Assembly (NCBI GenBank): GCA_020850715.1
Contig: JADZED010000080.1
Location: forward strand, 68,524-132,523
Direction of reading: 5' to 3'
Length of the DNA: 64,000 nt
Source: Acidobacteriota bacterium
Lineage (GTDB): Bacteria; Acidobacteriota; Vicinamibacteria; Vicinamibacterales; CAVVIG01
The notes below the pieces were generated by a model. That model did no database searches, was not told the origin of the DNA, and saw only the letters and a program-made list of their open reading frames with translations. Below are positions 28,293 to 35,338 of this stretch, piece after piece. Within the stretch, counting starts at the first letter, position 1, and each line of letters begins with the position of its first letter. The position numbers were made by a program, and so were the translations under genes.

Positions 28293-29356
28293 GCGACCTG
28301 TTTCTCCTGCATGAAGGTCTCGCCGAAGATCGCCGCAGCCAGCTCGGCGATCTTGGCGCTGTTTTCAGGGCGTTCGGCGCGCTGGCGAACGGCCGCGGCC
28401 ACCGGCGGGCTCGTCCAGAGCCGCACGCAGCACTCGCACGGATGGCGGGGCGCCGCGGCCGCCATCGGATGATCGGGAAACATCTCGTCGACCCACTGCA
28501 GGACCGGCGCGAATCCGACGGTCCGGATCAGCTGCAGCAGCGGATCGGTGCACCAGCGATCGTGCGCAGCGGCGAGGCCGGCCCGATCGGCGCGGGGGTA
28601 CTGGAACGGATGGCCGTCGCGCTGGTCCACGAGCCCGGCGCAGCAGGGCGCGACCGTCCCGTCGTGCCGGACGACCATGCCGTTGGGAATGCAGGGCCAC
28701 GCCGGCACGCCGGCGGCCGGCACGTCGGTCGCGATCGCGGCGCCGCGCCCGTTTCGGGTCACCGGCTGCACCGCGATGCCGACGCCCGGGGGAAGCTGCT
28801 CGAGGAGCGCGCTGTAGAGCGCCTGGTGCTCCGCCGGCAACGGGACCGGCGCCGCCATGCGCACCAGCGCCTTCCGCCCCGCGCCAATCGCTTCGCGCGC
28901 CGCGTGGAGGACGACCTCCATCGGCGCGAACTCGAGGTGATAGATGTCGGTCGAGAGGTGCCAGTGTTCGATCGCGTCGAAATGACGGATGTGCTGCCGC
29001 GCGGCCGCCGGCGTTGCCGCCCAATGGCACGCCGTCACGATCGTGCACGTCATGCCCGAGGCGACGGCCGCGCGCGAGAGAATCTCGAGCTGGCGGCGCG
29101 CCAGCATGGGTTCGCCGCCGGTGAAGCTGATGCGCACGACTCCCCGCGCCGCGAGCTCGGGAAGCTCGCCCGCGTACCGTTCGGCAGCCTCGACGGAGAG
29201 GTACCGCGTCGTGTCCGCCACCGGCACGGTCGAGACGATGCAGTGACGGCAGGCGAGGGGACAGGCCTCCGTCAGGCTGAACGCCACATGCCTCGCAGAG
29301 AGCGCCTGCAGGCCGGTCAACTGTTCGGTGGTGAGAATGGCGCCGAGATCGTGCAT
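28283..29356 (-). CDS. Radical SAM enzyme, compact twitch/SPASM-like paralogue 3
   Basis: 'CPLACRHC', 'FTGGEP', 'WHLSTDIYH', 'PCIPNGMVVRHDGTVAPCC', 'HPF', 'LLQLIRTVGF' and 'CECC'. ATG 29356 was chosen as start; GTG 29380 is an alternative. Confidence 0.85.
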   Translation of the reverse strand: MHDLGAILTTEQLTGLQALSARHVAFSLTEACPLACRHCIVSTVPVADTTRYLSVEAAERYAGELPELAARGVVRISFTGGEPMLARRQLEILSRAAVASGMTCTIVTACHWAATPAAARQHIRHFDAIEHWHLSTDIYHLEFAPMEVVLHAAREAIGAGRKALVRMAAPVPLPAEHQALYSALLEQLPPGVGIAVQPVTRNGRGAAIATDVPAAGVPAWPCIPNGMVVRHDGTVAPCCAGLVDQRDGHPFQYPRADRAGLAAAHDRWCTDPLLQLIRTVGFAPVLQWVDEMFPDHPMAAAAPRHPCECCVRLWTSPPVAAAVRQRAERPENSAKIAELAAAIFGETFMQEKQVACR

Positions 29357-29440
29357 CCCTGGGTCCTCTCGCGCGCACACCCCGACTGTCCGATCGAAGC
29401 GATCGCCGGCAGCCGGGGTGCGATGGGAGGCTGCCGGGCG

Positions 29441-29606
29441 CTAGTGTCCCGTCCCGGTGGTTCGCGACACCATTCGCGGGCGGCGCATCCCCGCTGGCGG
29501 CGTTGCTCGTCGCTCAGATATCCCCAATATCCTCACTCCTCGCGCCTGGCCATCGGGGCGCGGCGCTCCGCGAGTGATGCCACGATCCACTGGGACGGGA
29601 CACTAG
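29441..29606. repeat. MITE-like repeat element, copy 1 (~166 bp, ~30-bp terminal inverted repeats, CTAG at both ends)
   Basis: Left end is 'ctagtgtcccgtcccggtggttcgcgacacc'; the reverse complement of the right end is 'ctagtgtcccgtcccagtggatcgtggcatc'. A second copy lies at 45557-45708. Central hairpin 'gatat-cccca-atatc'. Confidence 0.75.
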
Positions 29607-29911
29607 CCCGGAAGCTTGCGGATGACTTCGACGCCGCCGGCGCCACGCAACCGGGTCGCCACGAGCTCGCGATTCACGGCCTGGCGGGACGCGACCTTGC
29701 CGAGCTCGTTCAACAGCGAGGAGGTCGTCACCGACGCATTGTCGGTCACGGCGTTCACCTCGTAGTTGTCCTCGACGCCGCTGCCCGGCCGCAGCTGCAC
29801 GAGCTCGCTGATCGTCATCTGCTCGAATGGCTTCTGCGCGCCGGGAATGCGCACGGAGCGCAGATCCTGGGTGCTCCCGACAACATAGGTGAGCTTGGTG
29901 CGATCGGGCAT
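29603..29911 (-). CDS. Hypothetical 102-aa protein; candidate substrate/precursor of the downstream radical SAM operon
   Basis: Strong RBS (AGGAGGGAGAC-ATG) and GC3-rich codons. No Cys, Trp or His. S/T/V/N-rich middle and '...RLRGAGGVEVIRKLPG' end. The TAG stop lies inside the terminal CTAG of the repeat element. Confidence 0.7.
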   Translation of the reverse strand: MPDRTKLTYVVGSTQDLRSVRIPGAQKPFEQMTISELVQLRPGSGVEDNYEVNAVTDNASVTTSSLLNELGKVASRQAVNRELVATRLRGAGGVEVIRKLPG

Positions 29912-30006
29912 GTCTCCCTCCTAGAGATCAAGAATGGTTGGGCGCAACAATCGATGACCGGATGACTTTACCAGGATGACGAGCGTGTCAACCACGGTTT
30001 GCACAG

Positions 30007-30027
30007 ACATTTTGATCACCAAAATGT
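30007..30027. promoter_or_regulatory. Perfect 8-5-8 palindrome (candidate operator) in the divergent promoter region
   Basis: 'ACATTTTG-atcac-CAAAATGT' sits in the AT-richer spacer between the 102-aa ORF (minus) and the amidase gene (plus). Confidence 0.35.
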
Positions 30028-30179
30028 ATGTACCGAAGCTCGACGGGGAAATCTCCGCGGCGCACCAGCTCGGCCTGAGATCGATTCCGCCCTGACCGCC
30101 CCGCTCAGTCGAGGTTATAGTCCAGGTGCTCGCGAGGAGGTGTGCGGTGATTCTGACCACGTTCGTGCCGGCGGCGCGC

Positions 30180-32048
30180 ATGCGGCTGCGCTACTTCACC
30201 ATGGCCGTTGTGGCGATCGTCGCGGCCGCGTTCCCGCCCGCGCCAGCCGCGCAGGGGCCGGGCGCGGCCGCCCGCGCCGCGGCGCCAGCGGTGCCGTTTC
30301 GTCTGATGGAGGCCACGATCCGCGAGACGCAGGCGGCGCTCACCGCCGGCACGATCACCTCCGAGCAGTTGGCGCAGATGTACCTCGCACGCATCGAGGC
30401 GTACGACAAGCGGGGGCCTGCGATCAACGCCGTGATCCGGCTCAATCCGAACGCCGTCGCCGAGGCGCGGGCGCTCGACACCGAGCGCCGCGCGCGCGGT
30501 CCGCGCGGCCCGTTGCACGGCATCCCGCTGCTGCTCAAGGACAACTTCGACACCGCCGACATGCCGACCGCGGCGGCGTCAATCTCGCTCGCCACCTCGA
30601 TCCCGCCCGACGACGCCTTCATGGTGCGCAGGCTGCGGGACGCCGGCGCCCTGTTCCTCGGCAAGACCAACATGAGCGAGTTCGCCTGGACCCTCACCAC
30701 CGGCAGCTCGCTCGGCGGCCAGACGCTCAACCCGTACGACCTCACGCGCAATCCCGGCGGCTCGAGCGGCGGCACCGGCGCCGCCATTGCCGCCAATTTC
30801 GCGGTCTTCGGGACCGGCACCGATACCTGCGGCTCGATCCGCATTCCCGCCTCGCACAACAGCCTCGTCGGCCTGCGCGCGACGCAGGGGCTGCTCAGCC
30901 GCGACGGCATCGTGCCGCTCGCCCTCAGCCAGGACATGGGGGGACCGATGGCCAGGAGCGTGGAAGACATCGCCATCGCGCTCGACGGGGTGGCCGGCGT
31001 CGACCCGCACGATCCGGCCACGATCGCGAGTGCGGCGCACACGCCCGCCACCTATACGGCCTTCCTGAAGACCGGCCGGCTTCGGGGCGCCCGCATCGGG
31101 CTCCTCCTCGACGCGGTCGTGCCGGACCAGACCGACCCCGACGTCGCCGGCGTGGTCGCCTCGGCGGAGGCCGAACTGCGGCGCCTCGGCGCCGAGGTCG
31201 TGAAGGTGACGATCCCCGACTACGCCGTCATCAGCAACTTCTCGTTGATCACGCGGGAGTTCAAGGCGAACCTCGAGGCGTACCTCAGGGCGACGCCGGC
31301 CGCGCCTGCCAAGACGCTGCAGGCAATCCTCGACACCGGCACGGTGCACCCCGGCGCGCGCAGCCTCTTCGACCAGGCGCTCCAGTTTCCTTCGACCGAT
31401 ACCGGCGATTACCGCCAGCGCGTTGCGGCCAGCGCCGTCTTCCGCAGCGCGATTGTCAACGCGCTCGACGACAACCGGCTCGACGCGCTCCTCTACCCGA
31501 CGATGCGGCAGAAGCCGGTGGCGGTGCCGCTCACCTCGCAGCCGGGCAGCAACTGCCGCGTGAGCGCGCACAGCGGACTGCCGGCGATCTCGGTGCCCGC
31601 CGGCTTCACGCCCGACGGCATCCCGGTCGGCATCGAGTTCCTCGGCCGCGAGTACTCCGAAGGTGATCTGCTGGCGCTGGCGTACTCGTGGGAGCAGGCG
31701 ACGCATCACCGGCGTCCACCGGTGACGACTCCCGATCTCGATGTCGATTGGTCCTACGCGATCGCCGACGGTGCCGCGAACGTGCGGATCGATCCTGACG
31801 GAAGGCGCTTCCGCTTGACCGTGCCAGATGCGGACACCCACGTCTACCTCGATCCCTCGATGAGGATTGAGGAGGGCGTCGTCCGCGGCGAATTCGAGGA
31901 CGACCGGTGGCGCGTGGGCTACGAGATCCCGATCGCCCGGAGCGCGGGGGGAGGAGGGACCCGTCGGGCGGACACGGCCACCGTTCGCGCGGTCGACCTG
32001 CAGAGCGGCCGCGCCTACGAGCTGCACGGGACAGCGGTGCCGCAATAG
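30180..32048 (+). CDS. Amidase-signature family enzyme, secreted, with C-terminal extra domain
   Basis: ATG 30180 gives the signal 'MRLRYFTMAVVAIVAAAFPPAPAAQG'. 'GGSSGGTGAAIAANFAVFGTGTDTCGSIRIPAS' is the amidase signature. Confidence 0.85.
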   Translation: MRLRYFTMAVVAIVAAAFPPAPAAQGPGAAARAAAPAVPFRLMEATIRETQAALTAGTITSEQLAQMYLARIEAYDKRGPAINAVIRLNPNAVAEARALDTERRARGPRGPLHGIPLLLKDNFDTADMPTAAASISLATSIPPDDAFMVRRLRDAGALFLGKTNMSEFAWTLTTGSSLGGQTLNPYDLTRNPGGSSGGTGAAIAANFAVFGTGTDTCGSIRIPASHNSLVGLRATQGLLSRDGIVPLALSQDMGGPMARSVEDIAIALDGVAGVDPHDPATIASAAHTPATYTAFLKTGRLRGARIGLLLDAVVPDQTDPDVAGVVASAEAELRRLGAEVVKVTIPDYAVISNFSLITREFKANLEAYLRATPAAPAKTLQAILDTGTVHPGARSLFDQALQFPSTDTGDYRQRVAASAVFRSAIVNALDDNRLDALLYPTMRQKPVAVPLTSQPGSNCRVSAHSGLPAISVPAGFTPDGIPVGIEFLGREYSEGDLLALAYSWEQATHHRRPPVTTPDLDVDWSYAIADGAANVRIDPDGRRFRLTVPDADTHVYLDPSMRIEEGVVRGEFEDDRWRVGYEIPIARSAGGGGTRRADTATVRAVDLQSGRAYELHGTAVPQ

Positions 32049-32245
32049 CGGCTGTCCACCTCGACGCCATGCAGAGCCCCTGGGTCTGCGTCGCGGCAGG
32101 CCTGGAAGGCCTGCACGACACGCACGCGGCACGCGCTCTGGGTGCCGTCCCGAGCAGCGCCGACCGCGCGCCCGCGGCGGGCCAACCGGCCGCCCGCGCC
32201 GCATGGCCGTCGACATCCAGCGCTGGACGAAGGTAGGCTTCCGCC

Positions 32246-32908
32246 ATGCCGTGCTGTCAGGGCCAGGACTTCGACCGCATGTTCGATGCCCGGCGGGCGC
32301 GCAAGGACTTGCGCGCTTACAGCCGGCGCGGAGCGCGCGGCGCCACGCGCCGGCTCCTGGATGCCGTGCGCGCCTCGCTGCGGGAGCAGCAGGCGGCAGG
32401 GTTCACGCACCTGGACATCGGCGGGGGAGTCGGAGTCCTTCAACACGAGCTCGTGCGGGACGGGGCCGTCCATACGACCGCCGTGGACGCCTCGCATGCT
32501 TATCTCGAGCTGCTGCGCCTGGCGGCGGCCGAGCGCGGTTATGAAGCGCGGCAGACGCGAATCGAGGGCGACTTCACGCAGGTGGCCGATCGTGTGGAGA
32601 CAGCCACCGTCGTCACGCTCGACAAGGTCATCTGCTGTTATCCCGACATTGCGGCCCTGGTGCGGGCGTCAGCGCGGAAGGCCACGGCGATCTACGGCAT
32701 CGTCGTCCCGTGCGACAGGGCGTGGGTGCGCGCCCTGGTCGGTCTCGCCAACTGGCTGCTGCGGCGCGTGCTGCGCTGGCAGTTCCGGGTGTTCGCGCAT
32801 TCGCACCGGACGATCGACCGGCTCTGCACCGAGGAAGGGCTGATCCTGGATCGCCAGGATCCCGGCCTGTGGTGGTGCGTGCGGCTCTACCGGCGGGCTG
32901 CCGGCTGA
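32246..32908 (+). CDS. Class I SAM-dependent methyltransferase (family uncertain)
   Basis: 'HLDIGGGVGVL' motif I-like glycine loop; size and layout fit small methyltransferases. Confidence 0.55.
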   Translation: MPCCQGQDFDRMFDARRARKDLRAYSRRGARGATRRLLDAVRASLREQQAAGFTHLDIGGGVGVLQHELVRDGAVHTTAVDASHAYLELLRLAAAERGYEARQTRIEGDFTQVADRVETATVVTLDKVICCYPDIAALVRASARKATAIYGIVVPCDRAWVRALVGLANWLLRRVLRWQFRVFAHSHRTIDRLCTEEGLILDRQDPGLWWCVRLYRRAAG

Positions 32909-32918
32909 CGGCAATGCA

Positions 32919-32964
32919 GGTGCAATCCGGCCATTCGAACCCCTTAGGGACCTGCGACCGCCAG
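32919..32964 (-). other. Decayed tRNA-Leu 3'-half-like fragment (att-like repeat bounding an islet)
   Basis: Colinear with tRNA-Leu positions 35239-35284. It shares 'ggtgc', 'attcgaacccc' and an exact 12-mer 'tgcgaccgccag' at the same spacing. The T-stem is no longer complementary, so it is non-functional. Confidence 0.5.
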
Positions 32965-33129
32965 TGCCGCGAGCGAAGGGTCGTGGGCCAATTCGAACCG
33001 GTCCGGAAGGACCAGGTCGGCCCTTCCTCGACATCGCCGGTCGGGAATCGCGCCAGCTCCGGCCTCGATGGCGGCGAAACGAACCGCGGAGAACCGCGGC
33101 CGCACGGCGCACCCTGCCGAGGCCGGTGA

Positions 33130-33402
33130 GATCGGCTCCTCGAGCGCCGGCACAAGCTGGCGCGCTTCCGTGATCCCGACCGGTCGTTCGACATCTTTGA
33201 CTTCGATTTCAACAAGAAGATGAATTGCGCCCTGGTCTTCGATCTGGCGACCGGCCGCTTCATTGGCCAGCGCGAAGACGTCCTGCTTCTTGGCCCGCCG
33301 GGCACTGGCAAGAGCCACCTCGCCCAGGCGATCGGCCGTGCCGCCATCCAGCAGGGCTACCGGGTGATCTATCGGGAGGCGCACACGCTGCTGGAGGAGA
33401 TT
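33130..33402 (+). pseudogene. Truncated IS21-family istB (transposition helper ATPase) remnant
   Basis: 'RLLERRHKLARF...FDIFDFDFNKK...VLLLGPPGTGKSHLAQAIGRAAIQQGYRVIY' (Walker A). Homology stops abruptly at 33402, no istA is present, and further decayed or frameshifted N-terminal sequence may lie upstream. Confidence 0.7.
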
Positions 33403-33490
33403 TCAGCATCGCCAGAATCCGTGTTCAGCATGGCCAGAATCCGCGTTCGGCTTGGGTCGGAATCGGCGTTCAGCATGGACCAGAGCACGC
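33402..33490. repeat. Four head-to-tail 22-23-nt direct repeats at the istB breakpoint
   Basis: The four units are 'ttcagcatcgccagaatccgtg', 'ttcagcatggccagaatccgcg', 'ttcggcttgggtcggaatcggcg' and 'ttcagcatggaccagagcacgc'. Confidence 0.7.
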
Positions 33491-33700
33491 ACCAAGGCAG
33501 CCGGAGAGGTTCTTCTCCTGATCGTTCAATTGAGGAAGGATCTCAGAGCCGTAAGAGCGCAGCTTGCGCCTCGAGACAGACGTCGAATCTCGCCACTCAT
33601 CCATACCTGCAACGAGATGTTCGATGTCTGCATGGAAGCGATCTGGCCTGAGAATGGGCCGGTCCGGCCGTTCACCGGCAACGATTAACTCCGATTCTTC

Positions 33701-34957
33701 CTATGCGGCCTGTTCAGGGAACAACCCGGGCATCCAACGCGCCGCCAACGCTGCAGGGAAAGTGATGAACAGGGGCGCCCGCGTGCTCTCTGAAGCAAGC
33801 ACGCCACGATCAAGCAAAGCAGACACAACACGCCGGGCAGCACGTTCACTTGCTCCCAGCAGCGAGGGAACATCGCCGCGCGGCAACTCGCCGCGGAACA
33901 GAACCGCCTCGAGAACCCGGCCTGACTTCGCGGGAAGCGTACCGGCCCGAACCTCCTCCTCGGTCCAGAGCAGAATGCGATCCCTCAGACGATCCGGCTG
34001 CACAAGCTGCTCCATGAAGCGAACCTGATCGAGACAGGTCTTGAGAAAGAACTTCGTGAATTCCGCAAGCGCGTCCTCGCTCAGCGCTCCTCGCCCGTCA
34101 AGATCGTTGCGGCGCGCCGAATCGCAATTCATCAGGTGCTGCTTGTACTCGGCCGCATTTCGCGCAAGACCGCGGGCTACCGACCAGACGCTTCCGGTAT
34201 CGAGCGCTTCCAGCAGGCTTGCATGCGACATCAAACGCACCACGCGCCCATTACCGTCGGCAAAAGGGTGAATCCACAGCAGACGATGGTGCGCCGCCGC
34301 CGCCGAAAGAATCGTTTCAGATCGTCCGAGCGTCGCATAGACCTGCTCGAAACGTGTCATGAACCGGGGCACCGCGCCCGGACTGATCGCGAAGTGGCGT
34401 CCGACCTTCACATCATCACGACGAAATGCACCTGCAACGACCCTCACCGTACGCCCGCTCTCAGGGTCTGAAACCAGAAGTAGCGCTTCGGGCAGATGTT
34501 CGCTGAACCGCCGATGAATCTCCCGGACGGCTTCAATTGTCGTTGCGCGGCCCTTTAGGCCGCCCTCATCGATCCAGCGCTGCACGGCAACATGGGCCTT
34601 CGCTTCGAGTTGCAGATTGCGCTTTTCGGCGTCAGCGCTGTAGTCGTTATTCATCGCCCGCTCGATGTCCACCGGATGCGTGTTGTGTCCCTCAATCAGA
34701 TTGGAGTAGTAGCAGTTCATCGCCCTGACGAGTTCGGCCAGCGGTCCGACGATGCCAGCCGGCAAGCTACGCCGAAATCCTGACGAAGCAGCCGCGAGCT
34801 CGACTGCCAGATCGCTCAGCGGTCCCCGATGCCATGAGCCCTCAGACAGAACCAGCGGTTCCATCGCGGTTGTGTTTTCACCGCGGTCATTGGCCCCCTG
34901 TTTGGCCGCTTCTAAGGCCGGTTCGTCAACGCTCATAATCAACCGTATAACATGCAT
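33701..34957 (-). CDS. Fic family protein (AMPylase/Fido domain)
   Basis: Canonical Fic motif 'HPFADGNGRVVR' and the N-terminal Fic_N-like 'YYSNLIEGHNT'. The local GC looks lower than the surrounding sequence. Confidence 0.85.
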   Translation of the reverse strand: MHVIRLIMSVDEPALEAAKQGANDRGENTTAMEPLVLSEGSWHRGPLSDLAVELAAASSGFRRSLPAGIVGPLAELVRAMNCYYSNLIEGHNTHPVDIERAMNNDYSADAEKRNLQLEAKAHVAVQRWIDEGGLKGRATTIEAVREIHRRFSEHLPEALLLVSDPESGRTVRVVAGAFRRDDVKVGRHFAISPGAVPRFMTRFEQVYATLGRSETILSAAAAHHRLLWIHPFADGNGRVVRLMSHASLLEALDTGSVWSVARGLARNAAEYKQHLMNCDSARRNDLDGRGALSEDALAEFTKFFLKTCLDQVRFMEQLVQPDRLRDRILLWTEEEVRAGTLPAKSGRVLEAVLFRGELPRGDVPSLLGASERAARRVVSALLDRGVLASESTRAPLFITFPAALAARWMPGLFPEQAA

Positions 34958-35178
34958 TTAGCAGAAATTCAACCATGCTATTGGCCGCTTCGATGGCCGG
35001 TTTGTTGGCCGCTCAGTCCGGCAGAATGGCTGGGTTTCCAAAATACCGCTGACTTGTTTCACCGGAGCCGGCCTACAACTTCGGCCTCGTGAGGAAGATC
35101 GTTTCGGAATGAACTAGAAGGTATGGCGGATGACGCCGCAAGCGCCCAGAGCAGCTAATCGGCGCTGAAAGCCGATCT

Positions 35179-35207
35179 CTTGACAACAGACTTGACAACT
35201 TGACAAC
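35179..35207. repeat. Three copies of CTTGACAAC next to the tRNA-Leu 3' end
   Basis: 'cttgacaac-aga-cttgacaac-ttgacaac' lies 31-59 nt beyond the 3' end of the tRNA, at the tRNA/islet junction. Confidence 0.6.
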
Positions 35208-35237
35208 TTACGGCCGCCATAAATCGTCGTAAGTCAT

Positions 35238-35324
35238 TGGTGCGGAAGGGGGGATTCGAACCCCCACGGTCTTGCGACCGCCAGCCCCTCAAGCTGGTGC
35301 GTCTGCCAGTTCCGCCACTTCCGC
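35238..35324 (-). tRNA. tRNA-Leu (anticodon GAG), long variable arm, CCA encoded
   Basis: Manual fold: acceptor GCGGAAG/CTTCCGC, anticodon stem CCAGC/GCTGG with loop TTGAGGG, variable arm CGGTCGCAAGACCG, and T-arm GGGGG-TTCGAAT-CCCCC. Confidence 0.9.
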
Positions 35325-35338
35325 GAGGGGACTCGATT

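Noticed and set aside
29442-29488. Tiny ORFs inside the repeat element (e.g. [15 protein letters not shown]) as alternative precursor peptides
   Set aside because: No RBS, they lie inside a repeated mobile-type element, and an equivalent reading is not preserved in copy 2.
29603-29911. Assignment of the 102-aa ORF to NHLP/Nif11 leader families or to PqqD
   Set aside because: The sequence does not match the consensus features of those families as I recall them. It is kept only as an unclassified candidate substrate.
29921-30181. 86-aa minus-strand ORF in the divergent spacer
   Set aside because: It overlaps the promoter/palindrome region, has no RBS and poor codon bias.
33220-33651. 143-aa ORF beginning MNCALVFDL...
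   Set aside because: It is the in-frame internal piece of a truncated istB followed by translated tandem repeats, not an intact gene.
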